This document shows positions 48,202-58,816 of a stretch of DNA of 64,000 nt, one piece after another. Below the pieces are notes generated by a model. The model searched no databases. It was not told where the DNA came from and worked only from the letters and a program-made list of their open reading frames with translations. The stretch comes from a virus, in IMG/VR virus record IMGVR_UViG_3300023110_001943, positions 32,001 to 96,000 of that record; one strand, written 5' to 3'. How positions within the stretch are numbered: position 1 is the stretch's first letter; every line of letters starts with the position of its first letter. Made by a program: the position numbers and the translations under genes.

Positions 48202-49413
48202 ATGAGTTTACAAGATAGATTTAGAATAGATGAACTTGTTAAAAAAGGTTCAAAGGCAACGAAGATAGATACATCTAAAGGAATTGTTGTGCGTAAAGTT
48301 GATGGAAAGGAAGTAAAACCTGCTTCATTAAAAAAAGATAAACCATTTGGAACTGAACAAATTAGAGGAAAACAAATACAACCAAAATTAAAAACCGATT
48401 TATTAGAACCACAAGAACAAATACAGGAAGAACAAACATCATTTAGTGGTGAAACATCAGCTCCTTTAGAAAGACCGTATTACGATGAAGAGCAATTACA
48501 AAAGGCAATTGATATAAAAGTTGATGAGTTAATAAAAGAAAAAAAACCACCAAGAGGTAGGTATATTAAATATGAAAAATATGAAGATAAACTTACTGAA
48601 ATTGAAAGATTAATAAATAAAAATGGTGAGTTAACAGTTGAAAATGCCGATTTATCTTCTATAATATCAACACTTGAATCTGAAATATCAGATTTACAAA
48701 ACCAAGTAATTGCTGCTGAAACATTAACACGAACTGTTCAATCAGAATTTGATGCTTTAACTAAACGATATGAACAACTATTATCTGATTTCCAAAACTC
48801 GGTTTTAAAAGGAACTAAAGAAGGAATAGAAAGAGTATCGTTAACTGCACAAACACGAGGGTTGGGTGCACAAAAAGAAACACTAGCATCTCAATTAGAA
48901 TCTGAAAAAGAGATTGTTAAATCGTTACAAGCTGCAAATCAAACACTCCAACAAACAATTGAAACAAACCAGCAAATTGCTCAACAACAGATTCAGGCAG
49001 CAAACCAACAAGTTAAAGCAGCTCAAGCAACAGCATCAACCGCGGCAAACTCTAAGAAGAAAAAAATTATTTGTAATGAACTTTATCATCAAGGGTATTT
49101 ACCACAACACATTTGGGATGCGGATGAACGATGGGGTGATAAAAGATTCGTTACAGACCCTAAGTTGGTTATTGGATATCAAATGTGGGCAAGAAAAGTT
49201 GTGGAGTTTATGAGAAGAAAACCTCAATACACTCCAATTATATATTTCTTATGTAAACCATGGACAGAATGGATGGCATATGATTTAGGTGTATTACCAA
49301 AAAATAATTTAAGAGGACAGTTTACTCAATGGGTGGGTAGATATTTCTCTTATATGGTTTATGATTTATATGGTGGAGATAAACTTTACCAAAGATACTT
49401 AAACTCTAACTAA
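48202..49413 (+). CDS. Coiled-coil protein with C-terminal KKIIC-initiated domain
   Basis: Long coiled coil, Ala/Gln linker, then KKKKIICNELYHQG...GYQMWA. Confidence 0.7.
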   Translation: MSLQDRFRIDELVKKGSKATKIDTSKGIVVRKVDGKEVKPASLKKDKPFGTEQIRGKQIQPKLKTDLLEPQEQIQEEQTSFSGETSAPLERPYYDEEQLQKAIDIKVDELIKEKKPPRGRYIKYEKYEDKLTEIERLINKNGELTVENADLSSIISTLESEISDLQNQVIAAETLTRTVQSEFDALTKRYEQLLSDFQNSVLKGTKEGIERVSLTAQTRGLGAQKETLASQLESEKEIVKSLQAANQTLQQTIETNQQIAQQQIQAANQQVKAAQATASTAANSKKKKIICNELYHQGYLPQHIWDADERWGDKRFVTDPKLVIGYQMWARKVVEFMRRKPQYTPIIYFLCKPWTEWMAYDLGVLPKNNLRGQFTQWVGRYFSYMVYDLYGGDKLYQRYLNSN

Positions 49414-49414
49414 G

Positions 49415-51472
49415 ATGGCTATAGAAGGATTTAAAGAAATAGTAGATAGAAGAGGATACAAAGTAGAATCTGAAGATAGAAAAATCTTTGAGAGAGAGAT
49501 TGGTAAGTCTTATTTCGGTCTTGGTAATGCTGATATGATTGAATTTATATTATTTGATTCAAATGAAAATCAATTACCACAAGGTGAAGATGGTAAGTTA
49601 GTTAGATACATAAACTTAAATGATTCTAATATTAATGAATATTTTATTATTTCAAATAATAACTTTACAAAAAAATTAAACGGTGCTTCTGAGTTTATAG
49701 TTGATATTGAAAAATTAGTAAAGGAAGCTGGGTATTCAAGTGGTATTTTTAAAACTCAGGTAACTTTATTAAATAGAAGAGCTGGTTCTGAACCTGGTAG
49801 TAATGATAAATTATGGATTCATGAAATTTCACCATCAAGAACTGAAATTAGAGTTTTACCTTTAAAAAATAAAAAACAACCAAACCCTGATTTAGATTTA
49901 AGATATAATTTATTTATTGGAAATTCACAATTTAGAGATGATACGATTTATTATGCAAAACAATATATTCAAAACATAACAACACAAAAAGTAATTGATT
50001 CTTTTTCTCGAATAAAAGGAACGCAAAAAGATACATCAACTTATCATTCTTTAATAAAAAAAGAATTTAAAATTGAAAGTATTGAACTTTTTATTCAAAA
50101 AATTAGAGAAAAATTTATTGAATCTATGAATTATTTTATTGATGATAGAGAATGGAATATTGTAGATTTAAATTATGGTAAGCCAAAAAATAAATTAGAT
50201 ATTGTTGAATTATCGATAAAGACGATACATCAAGTATTCGAACAATCACTTGGATTAATTATTCAGTATTATTTACCCAAAAGAACAATACAAGAAGATA
50301 ATGAATTAACACCAGAACAACAGGTTACATTTGATGAGGTAAAAGAAATTTTGAAATCGAGTGTATCTAATAATTTATACGAAGCAACTCAGCCTGATAA
50401 AATAGATGCTGTTATACGAGGTTGTATGGACCCTGATGCTTTAAATTATAATCCACAAGCAAAAGAAGATGATGGGAGTTGTAAATATCAACAAAATGAC
50501 CCAGACCCAATTGAGATTAAAGGTTGTACGGATGCTAGTGCGTTAAACTACAATCCAAAGGCAACACAAGATGATGGAAGTTGTAAATACAAAGATAAAG
50601 TTTCACAAAAAACTCAAACGTATTATGTTTGGTCTCAAGTAGCGAGTATAAAATACAAACAAGATGGTGTAATAAAAAATTTACAAGGTATTGAATATGA
50701 TTCATTTACAATAACATACGATGATAATACTTTTAAATTTAAAGGTGATGTAAGAACAGTACCGAAAATAAAAGAAATAAAACCTGTACTTGCAAGTTAT
50801 AGAATTACAAATGTAAGTAAAAAGAAAACGATAGTACAAAGGAATCGTCTAAAAGAACCATATCTAAGATATCCTGGTGATGAGTTTAGAGGATTTGGAT
50901 ATGGTGATAGAGATAGGTATGGATATGATTACGATAGGTTGGATTACATTGATGAACCAATAGAAATATTTAAAGGCCAATCAATATCATTTACTTATAA
51001 AGATTCAAGTGGAAAACTTAAAACATCAGTTCCTTTGGCACCAAATAGTACAACTACTATTTGTGCACAATTAGGTTCTGTGGTAACACCAGCTGGATTA
51101 AAAGCAACTCAACTTGGAGCTTGTGGTGGGATATTAACTGATGGTGGTGGGATATTAACTGATGATAGAATTGACTTAACCGAAAATGCAAATACTGGTA
51201 TTGGTGCTGGTGCACTTGGTGGGGTTGAGTTGGATTTAAGTGACCAAAATGAAAAGGCTTTATTTGATATTGTAACCGATACATATGACCAGGTAAATCA
51301 AACATCCACAAAACAATTTTTTGAGGACCAGAACAACAAAGCACTTGAACAATTTGCACCACAAGAAGAAACACGAGGTCAGAGCACAAGTGGTCAAAGT
51401 GCAGGACAAGGAAATTCGGTTAATAGAACATTAGATGGTAAAATAAAGGATAGACAAGTAAATCAGATATAG
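49415..51472 (+). CDS. Putative structural protein with GCxD...NYNPxAxxDDGSC repeats
   Basis: EISPSRTEIR motif; two Cys-bounded repeats. Confidence 0.7.
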   Translation: MAIEGFKEIVDRRGYKVESEDRKIFEREIGKSYFGLGNADMIEFILFDSNENQLPQGEDGKLVRYINLNDSNINEYFIISNNNFTKKLNGASEFIVDIEKLVKEAGYSSGIFKTQVTLLNRRAGSEPGSNDKLWIHEISPSRTEIRVLPLKNKKQPNPDLDLRYNLFIGNSQFRDDTIYYAKQYIQNITTQKVIDSFSRIKGTQKDTSTYHSLIKKEFKIESIELFIQKIREKFIESMNYFIDDREWNIVDLNYGKPKNKLDIVELSIKTIHQVFEQSLGLIIQYYLPKRTIQEDNELTPEQQVTFDEVKEILKSSVSNNLYEATQPDKIDAVIRGCMDPDALNYNPQAKEDDGSCKYQQNDPDPIEIKGCTDASALNYNPKATQDDGSCKYKDKVSQKTQTYYVWSQVASIKYKQDGVIKNLQGIEYDSFTITYDDNTFKFKGDVRTVPKIKEIKPVLASYRITNVSKKKTIVQRNRLKEPYLRYPGDEFRGFGYGDRDRYGYDYDRLDYIDEPIEIFKGQSISFTYKDSSGKLKTSVPLAPNSTTTICAQLGSVVTPAGLKATQLGACGGILTDGGGILTDDRIDLTENANTGIGAGALGGVELDLSDQNEKALFDIVTDTYDQVNQTSTKQFFEDQNNKALEQFAPQEETRGQSTSGQSAGQGNSVNRTLDGKIKDRQVNQI
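51123..51164. repeat. Perfect 21-nt tandem duplication
   Basis: (GTGGTGGGATATTAACTGATG)x2, in frame. Confidence 0.85.
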
Positions 51473-51480
51473 GATAGATA

Positions 51481-54400
51481 ATGATTAGACAAGAGTTTGC
51501 TATATACGATGATAATTTCAACAACGGATTCAACGAAGGATTCGATGATACTCTTCGTGTCGATGAGTTTGATTATGGAGTTGGAGGTGGTGGTGGTAGT
51601 ATCATACGAGGTGGTGGAGGTACTACTATTATAAATGGATGTACAGACTCTAAAGCAAAAAACTATAATAGATTTGCAACAAGAGATGATGGTAGCTGTA
51701 GATATAATCCTCCAGCGTTACCAGTATTACTTGATAAAAGTAAAAGTATTACATTTACTATTGGGGTACAAAATGGAAAAGCAGCTAACGTATTTGTTGA
51801 TGGTGTTTCTAATACAGTTACTAAGGCAGGATTAACTTTTACTGAAAAGGAATTATTAACTCCTAAATTAATAAATGTAGTTTCAAATAACAAAGAAAAA
51901 TCAATTGAAACGTATCGAATCAAAACATTACATAAAACAATATTTAAAAATATTAAACCCGTACTTGAAAAAGATTTTGATGATGATACGGTAATTAGAG
52001 ATTTTGAAGATAGAATTAAATTTCGTTCTGATATAAATTTTAGACCAGATTTTAATATTTTTGAATCTGGTAGACAACCTATTTTTAATATTGGTGGATT
52101 TGGAAACACAAGAATTCCTGCTATTGATTATGATAGACCAACAACAAGACCAACTCTTGGAATTGCACCGTATATACCACCAACAAACTTTAAGAAACCA
52201 TCTTTAACATTTGGAACGTTTGAGTGGACTACTTATGAGTTAATAATTGAAAAAAGAGATACAAATGGTTCATTTATGCCATTTCCTACACCAAAGCCTC
52301 AAAAAATAAATGGAATAGAATTAATTGAAAAGGCAAGAGTAGTACCTTTATATTTTAGATTTCCTCAACTTCCTCCTCCACTTCCTATTGTAAATGTATT
52401 TGATATAAAAATAAAAGGAGATGTAAGTAGTGATGAGATTATTAGATATACTACTTCTGATGGACAAACTGGTTTAGTTCGTAATGGATTAAATCAAATA
52501 ACAGTTAATAAAGTTGGAAAAGATACATCTTGTTATATACAATTTAATGGTATTGGTATAAATGATTATTCTCATCAAGTAGAATATAAGTACGAAAACA
52601 ATACAGATAAAACAAGAGGAGAAACTAAAAAAGGAATTGATTCTACTTTTAATTTATCTGTTGGTGAAAACTTTTTTAAAGTAACCGCAAATAAACAAGT
52701 ATTTACTCCAGACCCAAGTTCACCTACAATTAAGGTAGAAAATAATAATGTAATTTTTAACATTGCTAATTCTGATGATGTTAACGTTGTTTATGATACA
52801 ACATTTGCAGATAAAGTAATTTATACATTAGGTAATGTAGAACGAGAAATAGGACCAAGTGGTGTAATTAATTTACAAAACTCAGATTTTCCAAATGGTG
52901 TTGGTAGGTATGTACTATATTTACAACCTGTTTCAGCACGAGGTGGTAGTGGTGAACTTGAAAAAGTTATCATTACGGTAGAAAGTAAAGCTTATCTACC
53001 TGGTCCTGATATTACTCATATTAACTTTCCTCAAAATATCAAAGGTGCTGATTTTAAAGAATACAATATTGATTTTGAGGTTTCTTGGCAATCTATAAAC
53101 ACAAACTATATCTTAGTATATGCTGGTAAAGTTAGTGAAAGTAATTTAATTAAAAAAATCCCACCATCAGGAAACATTTCATTAAATGTAGCTGAAGTTA
53201 TAAAAATTATTGGTAGTGATTTAGATGAAGATAGGGATGTTACTCAATTTAAACTTTTATTCATTCCTTATAATGAAGAGGGTGATGAAAGAACAGCAGG
53301 TAAAACTGAAGAAGCTACTATTACGTTTGATAAAGGAGATTTAAAATTAAGAAGAGCAAATGTAGTAAATGATTTAAAATCTGCATTTATTTCAAATAGA
53401 AATGTTTCTGAATTTGATGATTACGTTTCACCACTATTAACACATTATTTACATCTTGGTGATGGTGATAATAAATTAATTGGTACCTGGGCAATTGATG
53501 ATAGAACTTTTTCTGAAGAATATAGAGATGAAGAAGATAATCAAATAAAATATAGAAATATTGAACCATCTCTTGTATTAAAATTATATGAACCTCTACC
53601 AATAACTATAAATGTTAATGATAAGGTTTGGATTTCTAAAGTTCATTCAATCCCATTAATTGACCAAATAACAATTATTGATGATGTTACAAAACATTGT
53701 ACACCTTTAACACCAAACTTTGATTTAGAAGTTGGAGATGATATCGGATATCAGATTCTTGATGATTTAATTGCAAGTGGTTCAACGTCATCAACACAAG
53801 TTATTAATGAGTTTGTTTCATCAAGTGAATTTTCATTAGAAAACTTAAATATAAATTTTGTATCATCATCTACAATGGTAAGTGGTGGAGTTGTTGTTGA
53901 TACTACCAACGATTACAATTGGAAAGATTTTGTAAAATATTCATCAGCAGTAGAAAGAGTAGAAAATTTCTATTACAAAATAAAACTAATTAATCAATAC
54001 GAAGCAAGATACGATTTATTAACATCTGGTTCAGATTGGACAGGTTCTGTTGCGGTAACAAATGAAGCAAACAAACAACTTGAAAAAATAAATGATGTTA
54101 AAAAAGGATTCGATGCTTTTGAAAAATTCTTATTTACATCGTCATCTGCCGATAACTTTACATATCCAAAAACAAACAATACTGGTAGTTTAATAAATGC
54201 ATTTAGTTCATCTGCTGTATCTTGGTATAATGGTGCTATAGAATCTGCAGAAATATACGATGAATCAAATACATCAAGATTAACATATAACTTACCAAAA
54301 CATATACAAGAAGATGATAAGGGTCAAGAGTTCATTTTATTCTTTGATATGATTGGTCAACATTATGATATCTTATGGACTCACATAAAAGGATTCTCAC

Positions 54401-56787
54401 AATCTAAAAAATTAGAACACAAGTTCGATGGTGGTATTACAAATGATTTAGTTTATCATATGTTAGAATCTCTTGGTTGGGATGCTGATATGGGAGTTCA
54501 ATCTCAATTACTTTGGGAATATGCCTTCGGACAACACTCAGATGGAACTCAGATAACCGAGATGAGTGGTAAGAGTAGACAACAAGAAGTTTGGAGAAGA
54601 TTACTAAATAACTTACCATATCTTTATAAACACAAAGGAACTAAAAGAGCTTTACATGCGGCAATGTCGTGTTACGGTGTACCCGCTTCTTTATTAACAG
54701 TAATCGAATTTGGTGGACCAAATGATGTAGATACTTCTGGTACTACTAAATTTACATTCGAAGATAGAACTGCAGCAATTAACATAAGTGGTTCTCAGAG
54801 AATAGATGTACCTTGGAAAGAATATTCAGGTACTTCAGAATATCCAAATTCAGTTGAATTAAGATTTAATACAGAAGTTAGAGGAAATCAACAACTAATT
54901 AGTGGTAGTGATTGGAGTTTAAATTTATTAGCAGATACTGGTTCATTAGCTAAGATTCAATTAGTGGTAGGTTCTGAATCAGCATCTACTGATACAATTC
55001 CATTCTTTAATGATGAATATACACAAATAGTTGTAAACAGAGAAACGGGTAGTTCTGATACATTTGAAGTATTTGTAAAAGAAGGATTCCAGGAAAGAAT
55101 TAGAAACCAAGTTTCTGCTTCATTAACTACATCAGAAAAAGGATGGACGAGTGGTTCATATATTTCAGTCGGTGGAACTGATATAACAGGTTCAGTTGAT
55201 GAATTCAGATTATGGACAACTGCTATTTCTGAATCTAAAATAGATAACCACACTTTATTACCAGATGCAATCGATGGTAATCATGTTTCATCTTCAACTG
55301 AAGATTTAATTTTTAGATTAGATTTTGAATATCCAAAAAATAGAAGTACGAGTGGAGACCCAAATATTAAGAATGTTTCTATAAATCGTTCTTATGGAGA
55401 ATCTTATGCAACCGCATCTTTATTTGATAATAATACTACCTATCCATATCACTACACACCATATGATAGAACAGTAACTGCGGATGTACCTTCAAGTGGA
55501 TTTAACTTTAGTAACAAAGTAAGATTTGAAACTCAAACAAAGATTACAGAATTATCTTATAGAAGTAGAGCAACTAAAAAATCGTATGACCAAGCACCAA
55601 TCGATTCGGATAGATTAGGATTATTCTTCTCACCAATCAAAGAGATTAATATGGATATCCTTAAATCTCTTGGTTCATTTAATATTGATAATTATATTGG
55701 TAATCCACAAGATGAATATTCTGATGAATATACTGAATTAAAACAACTAAGAAATTATTACTTTGATAGATATAATTTAAATTTATACGAATATATTCAA
55801 CTTGTAAGATATATTGATAAATCATTATTTGAAACACTTGAATCTCTTGTACCCGCAAGAGCAAAAGTATCAAGTGGATTATTGATTGAACCACATATTC
55901 TTGAAAGAAGTAAAACTAAATGGAACAGACCTACATCTGAAAAGAAAGATTATTCAACAATAATAGATGTAGAAAGTGATGTTAATGTAAGTTCAACAAA
56001 CCCACAATATTCAATGAGTTTGGATGTTGAACAAGATGTTAACTTAAGTGGAACATCACCATTTTATTCATCTACCATCAATGCAGAGGCCGATGTTAAT
56101 CTAACAGGTACAGCTCCTTTTTATTCTTCAAGTATAAACACAGAAGAAGATATTAATTTAATTGGAGAAATGACCGTAAACTCTGGCTCTGATATGGGTG
56201 GTATTGTATTTAACATTGATGCAAAAATTACAGGTTCTATACAAGGTCAATATGATTCTACAAAATATCAACAAATAGGAATGGACCCTGATTCATTATC
56301 AAGATTAGGATTTGGATTATATGGTGAAAATGGAAATTCACAGAGAACTTATATAGATGCATTTGGTAATGTTCAAAAAGATAGAGTTAAGATATATTTA
56401 TTAAAACAATCTTATACTGAAGATGTACCGCAAAATAGAGATTTCTTTGATGCATCAAGAGGTAGAGAATTTGTAACACAAACAAAATACAGATACAAAG
56501 TAAATATATTACCATTTACAGGTTCAGATGGAAATGAGATGAGTTCTTCTGTTGGGGGTGATATTGTTGAAGTAACACCACTTGATGGATACTTCCCACT
56601 ACATTATAGAAATGTTGGTGATTTGACAAGTGGATTGGAAAATTCATTTCATAATGGTTCAAAACAAACTGCAGCTACAACTACCGATGGTGGTTCACCT
56701 GTACAAACATTTACAACAAATCCTAACACATTGAGAGTAAACGATAGTGGTAGAGGAAGTGGAGAACCAATTTTAGAAGTAGATTAA
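51481..56787 (+). CDS. Large baseplate/tail protein (1768 aa) with LamG-like region
   Basis: LPYLYKHKGT (P2 gpI/tail-like), GSVDEFRLW (LamG-like), VPARA. Confidence 0.7.
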   Translation: MIRQEFAIYDDNFNNGFNEGFDDTLRVDEFDYGVGGGGGSIIRGGGGTTIINGCTDSKAKNYNRFATRDDGSCRYNPPALPVLLDKSKSITFTIGVQNGKAANVFVDGVSNTVTKAGLTFTEKELLTPKLINVVSNNKEKSIETYRIKTLHKTIFKNIKPVLEKDFDDDTVIRDFEDRIKFRSDINFRPDFNIFESGRQPIFNIGGFGNTRIPAIDYDRPTTRPTLGIAPYIPPTNFKKPSLTFGTFEWTTYELIIEKRDTNGSFMPFPTPKPQKINGIELIEKARVVPLYFRFPQLPPPLPIVNVFDIKIKGDVSSDEIIRYTTSDGQTGLVRNGLNQITVNKVGKDTSCYIQFNGIGINDYSHQVEYKYENNTDKTRGETKKGIDSTFNLSVGENFFKVTANKQVFTPDPSSPTIKVENNNVIFNIANSDDVNVVYDTTFADKVIYTLGNVEREIGPSGVINLQNSDFPNGVGRYVLYLQPVSARGGSGELEKVIITVESKAYLPGPDITHINFPQNIKGADFKEYNIDFEVSWQSINTNYILVYAGKVSESNLIKKIPPSGNISLNVAEVIKIIGSDLDEDRDVTQFKLLFIPYNEEGDERTAGKTEEATITFDKGDLKLRRANVVNDLKSAFISNRNVSEFDDYVSPLLTHYLHLGDGDNKLIGTWAIDDRTFSEEYRDEEDNQIKYRNIEPSLVLKLYEPLPITINVNDKVWISKVHSIPLIDQITIIDDVTKHCTPLTPNFDLEVGDDIGYQILDDLIASGSTSSTQVINEFVSSSEFSLENLNINFVSSSTMVSGGVVVDTTNDYNWKDFVKYSSAVERVENFYYKIKLINQYEARYDLLTSGSDWTGSVAVTNEANKQLEKINDVKKGFDAFEKFLFTSSSADNFTYPKTNNTGSLINAFSSSAVSWYNGAIESAEIYDESNTSRLTYNLPKHIQEDDKGQEFILFFDMIGQHYDILWTHIKGFSQSKKLEHKFDGGITNDLVYHMLESLGWDADMGVQSQLLWEYAFGQHSDGTQITEMSGKSRQQEVWRRLLNNLPYLYKHKGTKRALHAAMSCYGVPASLLTVIEFGGPNDVDTSGTTKFTFEDRTAAINISGSQRIDVPWKEYSGTSEYPNSVELRFNTEVRGNQQLISGSDWSLNLLADTGSLAKIQLVVGSESASTDTIPFFNDEYTQIVVNRETGSSDTFEVFVKEGFQERIRNQVSASLTTSEKGWTSGSYISVGGTDITGSVDEFRLWTTAISESKIDNHTLLPDAIDGNHVSSSTEDLIFRLDFEYPKNRSTSGDPNIKNVSINRSYGESYATASLFDNNTTYPYHYTPYDRTVTADVPSSGFNFSNKVRFETQTKITELSYRSRATKKSYDQAPIDSDRLGLFFSPIKEINMDILKSLGSFNIDNYIGNPQDEYSDEYTELKQLRNYYFDRYNLNLYEYIQLVRYIDKSLFETLESLVPARAKVSSGLLIEPHILERSKTKWNRPTSEKKDYSTIIDVESDVNVSSTNPQYSMSLDVEQDVNLSGTSPFYSSTINAEADVNLTGTAPFYSSSINTEEDINLIGEMTVNSGSDMGGIVFNIDAKITGSIQGQYDSTKYQQIGMDPDSLSRLGFGLYGENGNSQRTYIDAFGNVQKDRVKIYLLKQSYTEDVPQNRDFFDASRGREFVTQTKYRYKVNILPFTGSDGNEMSSSVGGDIVEVTPLDGYFPLHYRNVGDLTSGLENSFHNGSKQTAATTTDGGSPVQTFTTNPNTLRVNDSGRGSGEPILEVD
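55951..56166 (+). repeat. About four 19-aa repeats (YSxxI(D/N)xExD(V/I)NLxG)
   Basis: Visible in the translation. Confidence 0.7.
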
Positions 56788-56856
56788 TAAAGAAAAATAA
56801 CTAAAAATAATAAATGTTATATTTATATATTGAACAATAACAAGGAATTTTAAATT

Positions 56857-57486
56857 ATGGCTTATTTAGATAATACCGAAATCACAGTAGATGCAATTCT
56901 CACAAAGAAGGGTAGGGAGAAGTTAGCAGCTGGGCAAGGTTTAAACATCACAAAGTTTGCTTTGGGTGATGATGAAATTGATTATACCCTTTACGAACCA
57001 GCACACCCAAAGGGAAGTGCTTATTATGATGCTTCTATTAAGGCAATACCTGTAACTGAAGCTTCACCAGATGAAACTCAAGTTTTAAGATATAAATTAG
57101 TTACCTTACCTAAAGGTACAACTAAAATTCCTAAAGTTGAGTTTGGAGTCCCTTCAATTTCTACAACTCAAAATGGTGGACAGGTGAACTTATCACCAAC
57201 AACTTCACCAAGTGGTAATACACAAAGTGGATATACGGTAATTCTTGCTAACAAGAATGCTGGTTCAATCGTTGGTAGTGGATTAGCAGATGGAGCAGGA
57301 GGAACACCAACATTCTTAGGTGATGAATTAACTGCAACGGCAGCAGTTGAGACTGGATTAACATTCACATTTATCCCTAACCCAAATATTACAGCAACAA
57401 TTAAAACAACGATTACAGTATATGGTAACGAAACTGGTGGTTCACAATCTATTCCAGTAACAATTACTTATGTACAACCAACATAA
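56857..57486 (+). CDS. Virion structural protein
   Basis: DAILTKKGRE...ITKFALGDDEIDY, tail-collar-like N-terminus. Confidence 0.7.
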   Translation: MAYLDNTEITVDAILTKKGREKLAAGQGLNITKFALGDDEIDYTLYEPAHPKGSAYYDASIKAIPVTEASPDETQVLRYKLVTLPKGTTKIPKVEFGVPSISTTQNGGQVNLSPTTSPSGNTQSGYTVILANKNAGSIVGSGLADGAGGTPTFLGDELTATAAVETGLTFTFIPNPNITATIKTTITVYGNETGGSQSIPVTITYVQPT

Positions 57487-57506
57487 AAAACGGAGAATAA
57501 TATAAA

Positions 57507-58736
57507 ATGGCACAAATATCAGGACAGGCAGGAGCAAACTTAACCCAAGAGTTAGCCAATTATTTATCCGCTCAGCAGGGGAACTTAACATCGGAACAAA
57601 TTGCATCGATTGTTAACCAATATCTTGTAGGTGGTGATAAATTAGCAACTCAAGGTGCAAGTGTAACATCGGGCATCTATAAAAGATTTACAGAGTTCGA
57701 CCAAATTAGTGGTAAAGTTGAAATCGTTACAACTGGTCTATGGAGTGGTGATACAGGAAGTTTAACTTCATTCTATACATCATCTACTCAGGCATCAGCA
57801 GCGAGTTCAGATTACTATGTTAATGTTTATAATGCAGACCCAGCAACGAATTCATCAGCAGCTGTACAATATGCTGTTGCTTATGGACACAAACACGCAA
57901 GTGGTTCTGTTTCATTATCAAATTCAGATTCATCAACATTAGCAACAAAAGCAACTTATGCACAATATCGTTCAATTCTTTTAGACCAAGATGATGAATT
58001 ATTTACATTCGTATCTTCTTCATCTGCAGGACTACATGATTCTTCAGATATCTATGTAATCAATGTATCACGTGCCAGATACAAAGAAAAAATGGATGCT
58101 GGAAACTGGTCATTAGTACTTAGTGGTTCAACAGGAACACACACTTTCATTGATGATAGTGGTAAAAAATTCTCAGATAGAGTTGGTAAGGCCGGTAGAA
58201 TCTTTAATGTAGGTAGTGGTTCATTAAACTTAGGTTCAGAATCAGAAGCAACTGTTAATTCATTAACTGCTTCAAATGGACAAGGATTCGGATTATTTTA
58301 TCCTGACCAGGGTTTAATCGTTTTAAATCCAGATGCAGTACATGATTTAATTGGAACATCAATTGATAGTGGTTCTAACGAAGGTGCATCTGTTTATAGT
58401 GGTGTTAGTAGAGAAGGTCAAAACCATTTCTTATTACACAATGCAATTGTAGGTGGTGGAGATTTTGAGGCAAGAAGAACTGAAAATGTATCTACACAAC
58501 ACTTCTTCGTAAGAGCAACTAACAGAGAATTTAACTTCTCTAACAACCCAACATTCGTAACAGGTTCAGATGGTTCTTTTGCAGAATCAACTTTTGAAAG
58601 AGACCCTAAAACATTTATTACAACCGTTGGTTTATATAATGATGCAAATGAAATGATTGCAGTAGCTAAAACTTCACAACCAATCCCTAAATCATTTGAT
58701 AAAGAAATTTTAATTAAAGTTAAACTTGATTTCTAA
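57507..58736 (+). CDS. Virion structural protein
   Basis: C-terminal EFNFSNNP...ITTVGLYN...AVAK...PI; paralog of the next gene. Confidence 0.7.
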   Translation: MAQISGQAGANLTQELANYLSAQQGNLTSEQIASIVNQYLVGGDKLATQGASVTSGIYKRFTEFDQISGKVEIVTTGLWSGDTGSLTSFYTSSTQASAASSDYYVNVYNADPATNSSAAVQYAVAYGHKHASGSVSLSNSDSSTLATKATYAQYRSILLDQDDELFTFVSSSSAGLHDSSDIYVINVSRARYKEKMDAGNWSLVLSGSTGTHTFIDDSGKKFSDRVGKAGRIFNVGSGSLNLGSESEATVNSLTASNGQGFGLFYPDQGLIVLNPDAVHDLIGTSIDSGSNEGASVYSGVSREGQNHFLLHNAIVGGGDFEARRTENVSTQHFFVRATNREFNFSNNPTFVTGSDGSFAESTFERDPKTFITTVGLYNDANEMIAVAKTSQPIPKSFDKEILIKVKLDF

Positions 58737-58756
58737 AATATTTGAAATTTTAAAAT

Positions 58757-58782
58757 AAACCCCACTTCGAGTGGGGTTTTTT
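58757..58782 (+). terminator. Intrinsic terminator
   Basis: AAACCCCACT-TCG-AGTGGGGTTTTTT. Confidence 0.88.
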
Positions 58783-58816
58783 ATTTCAACATATTTATAT
58801 AGAGGAATTACTGTAT

